Assembly: GCA_963783385.1 (NCBI GenBank)
Contig: CAWANJ010000006.1
Span: 224,001 to 288,000 of the forward strand
Direction of reading: 5' to 3'
DNA length: 64,000 nucleotides
Source: an uncultured Gemmatimonadales bacterium
GTDB taxonomy: Bacteria; Gemmatimonadota; Gemmatimonadetes; Palauibacterales; Palauibacteraceae
Position 1 is the first letter of the stretch. Each line of letters opens with the position of its first letter. This document shows, piece after piece, positions 20,915 through 28,536 of this stretch. The notes beneath the pieces were generated by a model that saw only the letters and a program-made list of their open reading frames with translations, was not told the origin of the DNA and ran no database searches. The position numbers were made by a program, and so were the translations under genes.

Positions 20915-21440
20915 CATCGACGTGGTCGCGGCGCTTCTGATCGCCACCTCCCTGGTCTCCTGCAGCAAAGGGACCAGCTACCGGCTCGGTGATCCAATCG
21001 GCATGGGACCGTGGACCTTCGAGGTGGAAAGCGTGCGGGAACAGATCGAGAGCCATACGAGCTTCCGGGTGAAGATCGTGGAGCTCACATTCCAGCTGCA
21101 GAACTACCGAGAGCGGCACGAGAAGACGTTCGACGACTTTCTCAACGGCAGCGGGGAGCGGCGAGGGATGCTCGCGAGCATGTTCGTCGATCCCCACTTC
21201 TGGCTGGTCGACGAGGAGGGCAGCCGATTCCTGGCTCTCCTTTCCCCCGTCTCAGGGGGATCGCTGCGGTCAGAGCGGTGGAGAGTTCGGTTCGAACTCG
21301 TGAATGGTAAGCCATCGGAGGACGCCGCGCTCCAGGCGGCCAGATACCTGAACCGTGACCTCGCCGACTTTCGGCTGGTCATCGAGAACCCCAACCATCG
21401 GAAGGGGCAACCGCGGAAAATCGTCGTGGCCCTTCGGTGA
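20889..21440 (+). CDS. Hypothetical lipoprotein
   Basis: VVAALLIATSLVS-C lipobox-like signal; start uncertain. Confidence 0.6.
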   Translation: MWRPFNSRSIDVVAALLIATSLVSCSKGTSYRLGDPIGMGPWTFEVESVREQIESHTSFRVKIVELTFQLQNYRERHEKTFDDFLNGSGERRGMLASMFVDPHFWLVDEEGSRFLALLSPVSGGSLRSERWRVRFELVNGKPSEDAALQAARYLNRDLADFRLVIENPNHRKGQPRKIVVALR

Positions 21441-21522
21441 CCGAGCGTCGGGTCACCTCCAAGACTCCGCTTGTCACCACGTCCTATAGGCGGGCCATGA
21501 AACGGGGGATGCAGACATGCCA

Positions 21523-21548
21523 GGAGCCCCCGCGACGACGGGAGCTCC
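21523..21548 (-). terminator. Hairpin directly 3' of tRNA-Gly(CCC)
   Basis: Minus strand reads GGAGCTCCCG-tcgtcg-CGGGGGCTCC. Confidence 0.55.
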
Positions 21549-21555
21549 GAGAGGA

Positions 21556-21628
<73 letters not shown>

Positions 21629-21725
21629 ATGCTCGGCGGCACCTTGTCGGCGGGCCCGCCGTCGGCCGGCGGGCCGGGGGCCCGCGGCCACCACGGCCCG
21701 AAGCCGCGGCACGTCCTGCTACGAG

Positions 21726-21799
21726 TGGGGCGGGAGGGACTCGAACCCCCGACCTCTGCGATGTGAGCGCAGCGCTCCAGCCAGCTGAGCTACCGCCCC
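21726..21799 (-). tRNA. tRNA-Val(CAC)
   Basis: Cloverleaf; anticodon arm CTGCG-CTCACAT-CGCAG. Confidence 0.93.
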
Positions 21800-21823
21800 T
21801 GGTTCTCTTCCTGCTTGTCTTCA

Positions 21824-21896
21824 AGCGGGCGACCGGGTTCGAACCGGCGACCTCAACCTTGGCAAGGTTGCGCTCTACCAGCTGAGCTACGCCCGC
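21824..21896 (-). tRNA. tRNA-Gly(GCC)
   Basis: Cloverleaf; anticodon arm CAACC-TTGCCAA-GGTTG. Confidence 0.95.
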
Positions 21897-21923
21897 GCAT
21901 ACGTCCGGTCGGAGTGCGTGAAG

Positions 21924-21994
21924 AGGTTCCGGGTGGATTCGAACCACCGTAGGGGGCTTTGCAGGCCCCTGCCTAGCCACTCGGCCACGGAACC
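21924..21994 (-). tRNA. tRNA-Cys(GCA)
   Basis: Cloverleaf; anticodon arm GGGGC-CTGCAAA-GCCCC, U73 discriminator. Confidence 0.95.
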
Positions 21995-22075
21995 CTGCGC
22001 CGGGCAGCCGGCGGGTGAAAAAGGGAGCCGCGCCTGTCGGCACGAGCCCCCTCGTCACGTCTCCGAACGTCCTGG

Positions 22076-22104
22076 ATGTTACCCCGCGTGCCCGGGAGTG
22101 TCAA
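22076..22104 (-). promoter_or_regulatory. Sigma70 promoter of the tRNA operon
   Basis: TTGACA-17 bp-TAACAT on the minus strand. Confidence 0.75.
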
Positions 22105-22252
22105 CGCGCGCGCGCCTTTTCGGCGCCCGGGCCGCGGACGGCTTCCGCCGCCCGTTGCAGCAGGATACGCCCGCGGCCGCGGGGGGTTCCCGGCGCGCCG
22201 CGCGTGCCCCTCCGGACTTCCCGCTCTCCCGGACCCGCCCTACCTTCTTCGC

Positions 22253-23153
22253 GTGAATACGCCGACCGACGCCTCCCCGCTCGACGGCCTCGTCGTCGTC
22301 CTCCACCGCACCCAGGACCTGGTCAACATCGCGCTGGTCGTGCGGGCCATGAAGAACATGGGCCTGAGGCGGCTGCGGCTGGTGGCTCCCGAGGAGTTCG
22401 ACCCGCACCGGATCGAGGGGATCGCCCACGACACGGCGGACCTGGTCGAGCGCGATCGAGTTCGCGGACACGCTCGAGGAAGCCATCGCGGACGCGGTCC
22501 TGGTGGTCGGGACCTCCGCCCGCCGGCGCGCCAGCCGGCAGGTGTGGAGCACGCCCGAGGAGGCGGCGCCCCGCCTGGTGCGCGAGGCGCTGTCCGCCTC
22601 GGTGCTCGAGCCATCCGGTCCCGGCTCGGCCGGCACGGTCGCCCTCGTGTTCGGCCCCGAGGACCGCGGGCTCTCGAACCTGGAGCTGGACCGGTGCCAG
22701 GAGGTCCTGTACATCCCGACCAGCCCGGAGCATCCATCGCTCAATCTGGCCCACGCCGCGCTCCTGGTATTCTACGAGCTCCGCAAGGCGGCCGATCGGG
22801 CGGTGGGGCTGCCGGAGCGGGACCTGTCGACCGGCAAGGACGAGACGGCGCCTCCCGCCACGGCGGGCGAGCTGGAGCGCTTCTTCGAAGTGTGGGAGCG
22901 AGCGCTGGAGCGGGTGGGGTTCTTCCACCACCTGGACCCCGAGCCCAAGATGCGGACGTTCCGGTCGCTGTTTCAGCGCGCGTCGCTGGACAGTCGGGAG
23001 GCGCAGCTGCTCGAGGCGGTGGCGTGGGAGATCGTGCACTACGAGCGCCGGCTCCGGATCCGCCTCCGAAACGAGGTCGGAAAGGACGCGGCGGAGAGCG
23101 AGGCAGAGGAGCGGGCGACAGGGGAAGAACGAGCGTCGCCGCCTTCGGACTGA
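22253..23153 (+). CDS. trmJ: SPOUT RNA methyltransferase, TrmJ-like (frameshift near 22455)
   Basis: NIALVVRAMKNMGL, VGTSAR, LVFGPEDRGLSNLEL, SLNLAHA. Confidence 0.8.
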
Positions 23154-23240
23154 ACCGGCGGGACGTCCGCTGACCGCCGGGAGGTCGCCGGGGCAGGCTG
23201 ATCTGTGGCCCGGCGCTCCGGGCGCCGGGCCACCGCTACG

Positions 23241-24398
23241 TTACGCCGAGAGGCGAGCCTTCAGCTTCTTCACGAGCTCGACGTTCGTGTCCGTCTGCTT
23301 CATGAGCGCCAGCACGTCCGTCATGGCCTGCACGGGCGAGGAGTCGGCCAGCTCGCGGCGCATGGCGCGCGACAGCATGAGCGCGTCGTCGTCGAGCAGC
23401 AGCTCCTCGCGGCGCGTGGCGCTGGCCTGGAGGTCGATGGCGGGGAAGATGCGGCGCTCGGCCAACTCGCGGCTCAGCACCAGCTCGCTGTTCCCGGTGC
23501 CCTTGAACTCCTCGAAGATCACCTGGTCCATCCGCGAGCCCGTGTCGACCAGGGCGGTGGCGATGATGGTGAGCGAGCCGCCGCCCTCGTTCGCGTGGAT
23601 GTTGCGGGCGCTGCCGAAGAAGCGCTTGGGCTTCTCCATGGCCCCGGCATCGATCCCTCCGGACAGGGTGCGGCCGGTCCCCTCCTCCACCGTGTTGTAG
23701 GCCCGCGCCAGCCGGGTGATCGAGTCCAGGACCAGCACCACGTCCTGCCCCGTCTCCACCCGGCGTCGGGCCCGCTCCAGCGTGATCTCGGCCACCGATA
23801 CGTGCCGCTCGGCGGGATAGTCGAAGCTCGAGGAGATGACCTCGCCGAAGCCCGTGTTCTCCATCTCCGTCACCTCCTCGGGACGCTCGTCGACGAGGAG
23901 GATGAGGAGCTCGGTGTCGGGGTTGTTGGTGACGATGCCCTCGGCGATGGCCTGGAGGACCATCGTCTTCCCGGCCTTGGCGGGGGCCACGATGAGCATG
24001 CGCTGGCCGCGCCCGAGGGGGCAGAACAGGTCGATGACCCGGTTGGTGTAGTCGGCCGTGCCGCGCCGCTCGAGCCCGCACTCCAGAATGAACTGTCGAT
24101 CGGGGTGCTGAGCGCTGAGGCGGTTGAAGTCCGGCCGGCGGGTCACTTCCTCGGGCGGACACCCGTTGACGGCCGCCAGGTGCCGGAGCGGGGGGCTCTT
24201 GTCGCGTCCCGGCGGCTTGCCGACCTCGCCGGACAGCTCGTCGCCGGTCCTGAGTCCGTACTTCCGAATGAGCTTCTGACTGACGTAGATGTCGTCGTCG
24301 CTCGGCAGGTAGCCCGCGTCCCGGCGGCGGATGAATCCCGACCCGCTGCCCAGAAGCTCGAGCACGCCGAGCGACGTCTCCGTCGCGACTCGTGTCAC
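23241..24398 (-). CDS. rho: Transcription termination factor Rho, short form (385 aa) starting at the RNA-binding OB domain
   Basis: GFIRR..YLPSDDDIYVS, GRGQR..APAKAGKT, DERPEEVT, DSITRLARAYN, FEEFKGTGNSE; GGAG RBS before GTG at 24398. Confidence 0.9.
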   Translation of the reverse strand: MTRVATETSLGVLELLGSGSGFIRRRDAGYLPSDDDIYVSQKLIRKYGLRTGDELSGEVGKPPGRDKSPPLRHLAAVNGCPPEEVTRRPDFNRLSAQHPDRQFILECGLERRGTADYTNRVIDLFCPLGRGQRMLIVAPAKAGKTMVLQAIAEGIVTNNPDTELLILLVDERPEEVTEMENTGFGEVISSSFDYPAERHVSVAEITLERARRRVETGQDVVLVLDSITRLARAYNTVEEGTGRTLSGGIDAGAMEKPKRFFGSARNIHANEGGGSLTIIATALVDTGSRMDQVIFEEFKGTGNSELVLSRELAERRIFPAIDLQASATRREELLLDDDALMLSRAMRRELADSSPVQAMTDVLALMKQTDTNVELVKKLKARLSA

Positions 24399-25065
24399 CT
24401 GTCTGTCAACTCCGATCGAGGATACAACTGTGCCGGACGTTCGACCTCCGGAGGCACCAGCATCGCGCCTCGGCCTGCGAGGATCGGAACGAATCCGCCG
24501 GTAGGAAGATCCGGCGACGCGATCCAGCGAGCGTCGGGCTGGAAGCCCGGAGGACGAACAGCGGCCGTCGCGTGCTCCCCGCAATGGAGCCCGGGGCACA
24601 CACGGTCCGGCGTTCGTGCAAGATCCGGACGACAGCGACGCGTCGCCGCGATGCGTCCGGGGTGCGACACGTTGGGGAGGGCTGGAGCGTGAAGCAAGGT
24701 CCGGCCCCGCCCGACGTCGACGGCGAATCACCGTCCACTCGACCTGCAAAACCCCGTGGGCCTCGGAAGGATCCACCCACCGGCTGGCCGGCATCGACGG
24801 GAGCGCTCGGCAGCCGGAGGATGTTCGCGACCTGGACGACCTCCGGCCGCTCCGTCCCCTCTTCCGTAGAGGGAGGCGGTGACGTATCTCCATGAGCCCG
24901 AACCGGTCCGGCTCGCACCGACAGAGCCCGGTATACATCTTGAAGGCGGTACCGCTCGCGGCCGGACTTCCGAGTTCCGCGTGACGCGATTCCGGCCCCG
25001 GGCGACGTTGGTGATGGACCAATGGACGAGACACGGACCCCACACGCGCACCAAGGACGGAAACT

Positions 25066-25680
25066 ATGAGGAAGATCCTCGCAGCCGGCACCGCCGTACT
25101 GTTCTCTCTGACCGCCGCGGCCTGCGGAGGCGGCGGCCAGTCCAGCCAGCAGGCCTCGGGCCAGCAGATGGCCAGCTCCGACAGCAGCGGCATGAGCGGT
25201 GGCCAGGCGGCCATGGGCCAGCTCTCGGTCCCCGATTGGATGAAGGTGGACAAGAGCGACAAGACCGTCACCATGGACATCACGGCCGGCGAGAGCCAGG
25301 CGGACAACGGCTGGAACTACAGCGGCTACTACAACGGTGACGCCACGATCGTCGTGCCGGAAGGCTACAAGGTGACGATCAATTTCCACAACAAGGACCA
25401 GGCGAATCCGCACAGCCTGGCGATCAGCACCGACAAGCCTCCGTTCCCGGCCACCTTCCAGGAGGCGCACCTCGCCTTCCCGGGTGCCGAGACGCCGGGC
25501 TCGATGCAGATGAACACGGCCACGCAGCCGGGCCAGTCCGCCACGATCACGTTCACGGCGGACAAGGCGGGCGAGTACATCATGCTCTGCCACGTGCCGG
25601 CCCACGCCACGACGGGCATGTGGATCCACTTCAACGTGTCCTCGAACGGCGACGTCGGGCTGCAGACCAGCCAGAGCTGA
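25066..25680 (+). CDS. Sulfocyanin (SoxE)-like blue copper lipoprotein
   Basis: Lipobox AAA-C, WNYSG..NG...IVVPEG..V.I.F.N, NPHSL, type-1 Cu site C-x4-H-x4-M (CHVPAHATTGM). Confidence 0.8.
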   Translation: MRKILAAGTAVLFSLTAAACGGGGQSSQQASGQQMASSDSSGMSGGQAAMGQLSVPDWMKVDKSDKTVTMDITAGESQADNGWNYSGYYNGDATIVVPEGYKVTINFHNKDQANPHSLAISTDKPPFPATFQEAHLAFPGAETPGSMQMNTATQPGQSATITFTADKAGEYIMLCHVPAHATTGMWIHFNVSSNGDVGLQTSQS

Positions 25681-25735
25681 CGCGCTCGACGGCGAGCGCC
25701 GCTCCCGGCCGGCCGCACGGCGGCCGGGGCGGAGC

Positions 25736-25778
25736 GGGCCGGGGGCCCGCCTTTCGGGGCGCCCCCGGCCCTTTCTTT
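25736..25778 (+). terminator. Intrinsic terminator
   Basis: GGGCCGGGGG...CCCCCGGCCC followed by TTTCTTT. Confidence 0.7.
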
Positions 25779-25800
25779 GGCAACCCCTCACCCATGAAGC

Positions 25801-28119
25801 ATGGCTGACCAGCCGCGCACCGAGCTGAGCCGTGACCTCGGCCTGTTCACCATCACAATGGTGGGCGTGGGCGCCATGATCGGCGCGGGCATCTTCGTGC
25901 TGACCGGGATCGCGGCCGGCACGGCCGGCCCGGGTCTCATCCTCGCCTTCGCCGCCAACGGCGTGGTGACGCTGCTCACGGCGCTGGCCTACGCGGAGCT
26001 CGGCTCGGCCATCCCGGAGGCCGGAGGGGGCTACCTGTGGGTCAAGGAAGGGCTCCCCGGACCCAACGCCTTCCTGGCGGGCTGGATGAGCTGGTTCGCG
26101 CACGCGGTGGCCGGCAGCCTGTACGCCCTCGGCTTCGGCTCCTACCTGGGCCTGGTGTTCCGGGAGTTCGGCTGGACACTGCTCGGCCTGCAGGGCGGCC
26201 AGCTCGGCAAGCCGTTCGCGATCGTGATCGCCATCCTGTTCGTGGCCATCAACTTCAAGGGCGTGTCGGAGACCGGGCTGGCCGGCAACATCGTCACGGT
26301 CGCCAAGGTCCTCATCCTCCTCCTGTTCATCGGAAGCGGCCTGTGGGCCATGTTCCACGACCCGGTCTCCTGGGGGAACTTCAAGCCGTTCACCCCACGC
26401 GGCCTGGGCGGGGTGGTCGAGGCCATGGGCCTCACCTACGTGGCGTTCGAGGGCTACGAGATCATCGCGCAGGCGGGCGAGGAGGTGAAGAACCCCAAAC
26501 GCAACATCCCGCGCGCGGTCCTGTGGTCGCTGGCCATCGTGATCCCGATCTACCTCCTGGTCGGCGTCGCGGCCGTGGGCGCCACCCACACCGGCTCGGG
26601 GATGCCGACCTGGCAGTGGCTGGGAGAGCACAAGGAGCTGGGCCTCGCCGAGGCGGCCCGCCAGTTCATGCCGCTGGGCACGGTCCTGCTGCTGGTGGGG
26701 GGCATCCTCTCCACCATGTCCGCGCTCAACGCGACCACCTTCAGCTCCACGCGGGTGTCCTTCGCCATGGGGCGGGACCGCAACCTGCCCGACTTCTTCT
26801 CGAAGGTGCACGACCGGACCCGGACGCCCTACCTGGCCCTGCTGGCCAGCGGCGGGCTCATCCTGTTCATGGCGGTCGCCATCCCGATCGAGGACGTGGC
26901 GGCGGCCACGGACGTGATGTTCCTGCTCCTCTTCCTGCAGGTGAACATCGCCATCATCACGATCCGCCGGAAATACGGGGACAAGCTCGACTACGGTTTC
27001 CTCATTCCCTTCTTCCCCGTGCTCCCGATCCTGGCCATCGTGCTGATGCTGGGGATCGCGGTCTACATGGTCCGTTTCTCTCCCACGGCCTGGCTCTTCG
27101 TCGGGGGCTGGATCGCGACGGGATTCGCCATCTACTACGGTTACGCACGCAAGCGGGAGCGCGAGAAGCGTGTCACCCCCGTGGTCCTTCGCGAGGAGGC
27201 GCCCGCTCTCCTGGGCGAGGACCGCTACCGGGTCCTGGTGCCGGTCGCCAACCCCGAGCACGCTGGCGCGCTCATCGATCTGGCCTCCCTCATCGCCCGC
27301 TCCAACGACGGCGAGGTCGTTCTCCTGCACGTGATCATGGTGCCCGAGCAGACGCCGCTCCGGGTGGGCCGCCGCTACGTGACACAGGCCCGCGACGAGG
27401 TGCTCGATCGGGCCGTCGAGATGGTGGCCGAGCACGATGTCCCATCCAGCTCCATCATCCGCATCGCCCACAGCCCGGCCCAGGCCGTCATGCACGAGGT
27501 CGAGGACCGCGACATCGACTTCGTGGTGATGGGCTGGCGCGGCCGCAGCCGGAACCCGCGCACGGCCATCGGCTCGAACATCGACCTCGTGTTTCGGCAC
27601 GCCGACTGCCACGTGGGCGCCCTTCGGGCCAACGACCTGGACCCGGTGCGCCGGATCCTGGTGCCGATGGCCGACCCGCAGCAGTCCCACCTCATGCTCG
27701 AACTGGCCGAGATGTTCAGCCGGGACCGGGGGTCCGACGTCGACTTGCTGCACATCCTGCCGCCCGGCATGTCCGAACAGGAGAGGCGGGAGAGGCTCCA
27801 GGAGCTCTACGACGGGCTGGCCGACCTCGACGTGGGCCCGGAGGAAACGGGCGAGGCACGACGCATGATCGAGGTCGCCGAATCGCGCGACGTGGTGGGC
27901 GCCATCGTGGGGACGGCCGGGGACTACGACCTGACCATCCTCGGCAGCGCACGGGAGGGATTCGTGCGCAAGCTGGTGGCCGGGACCATCCCGGAGCACA
28001 TCGCCCGACGCATCCGCGGCCGGCTCCTCCTGGTCAAGCACCGGCGAAGCGTGATCCAGTCCAAGATCCTGGACACGATCGACTTCTTCCGGGATACCTC
28101 CGGCACGAGCATGACGTGA
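25801..28119 (+). CDS. APC-family amino acid permease fused to tandem USP-like domains
   Basis: GAMIGAGIF, YAELGSAIPEAGGGY, FEGYE, about 12 TM helices, then RVLVPVANP and RILVPMADP USP starts. Confidence 0.88.
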   Translation: MADQPRTELSRDLGLFTITMVGVGAMIGAGIFVLTGIAAGTAGPGLILAFAANGVVTLLTALAYAELGSAIPEAGGGYLWVKEGLPGPNAFLAGWMSWFAHAVAGSLYALGFGSYLGLVFREFGWTLLGLQGGQLGKPFAIVIAILFVAINFKGVSETGLAGNIVTVAKVLILLLFIGSGLWAMFHDPVSWGNFKPFTPRGLGGVVEAMGLTYVAFEGYEIIAQAGEEVKNPKRNIPRAVLWSLAIVIPIYLLVGVAAVGATHTGSGMPTWQWLGEHKELGLAEAARQFMPLGTVLLLVGGILSTMSALNATTFSSTRVSFAMGRDRNLPDFFSKVHDRTRTPYLALLASGGLILFMAVAIPIEDVAAATDVMFLLLFLQVNIAIITIRRKYGDKLDYGFLIPFFPVLPILAIVLMLGIAVYMVRFSPTAWLFVGGWIATGFAIYYGYARKREREKRVTPVVLREEAPALLGEDRYRVLVPVANPEHAGALIDLASLIARSNDGEVVLLHVIMVPEQTPLRVGRRYVTQARDEVLDRAVEMVAEHDVPSSSIIRIAHSPAQAVMHEVEDRDIDFVVMGWRGRSRNPRTAIGSNIDLVFRHADCHVGALRANDLDPVRRILVPMADPQQSHLMLELAEMFSRDRGSDVDLLHILPPGMSEQERRERLQELYDGLADLDVGPEETGEARRMIEVAESRDVVGAIVGTAGDYDLTILGSAREGFVRKLVAGTIPEHIARRIRGRLLLVKHRRSVIQSKILDTIDFFRDTSGTSMT

Positions 28120-28129
28120 GGAGGCCCGC

Positions 28130-28468
28130 ATGAGCATCGAGGACCTTCGCGAGCAGGGGGTCCTGCTGCCGGAGGAGGAGTGGGGCGAGCACCGGCTCGA
28201 GACCACCGTCCCCCTGGTTCCCGTCGCCGTCGGTTACGTCACCGCCGTTCTCAGCCTGGTGGCCATGTACGTGGGCGGCGGCGGAACGCTCACGTGGATC
28301 GGGGCCGGCACCTTCCTGGTGGCGCTCTACACCCTGACCTGGATGTGCGACCGGGCCGTCCTCCGGCAGCGGACCCGCGTCCGGAGGGAGAGCGGCGGGG
28401 CGAGCGACGCGGAAACGGGACCCGGCGACGACGGAAGATCGTCCGGCGAGGGAGCCGGGGAGCCCTAG
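28130..28468 (+). CDS. Small two-TM hypothetical membrane protein
   Basis: GAGGAGG RBS; two hydrophobic helices. Confidence 0.65.
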   Translation: MSIEDLREQGVLLPEEEWGEHRLETTVPLVPVAVGYVTAVLSLVAMYVGGGGTLTWIGAGTFLVALYTLTWMCDRAVLRQRTRVRRESGGASDAETGPGDDGRSSGEGAGEP

Positions 28469-28536
28469 CGAGCGGAGGGCCGCCGGCCTAGCCTGCCCAG
28501 AGCGACGCGTGGCCCCCCGCCCCCCGAGGAGGACCC

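Larger units (their letters stand above)
19525..21552. mobile_element. Islet 1 (younger), integrated in tRNA-Gly(CCC); no integrase
   Basis: Flanked by the exact 45-bp direct repeat; carries three lipoprotein-like ORFs. Confidence 0.75.

Noticed and set aside
24399-25307. 300-aa N-terminal extension of Rho suggested by the ORF track
   Set aside because: It overlaps the sulfocyanin gene in antisense, has non-protein-like composition, and a good RBS exists at 24398.
24406-28206. Very long antisense or alternate-frame ORFs (e.g. 24406..28206 -, 46219..49431 +, 55704..59165 -, 4111..6600 +)
   Set aside because: They are shadows of real genes on the opposite strand. Stop codons are scarce at this GC content and the translations carry no family motifs.
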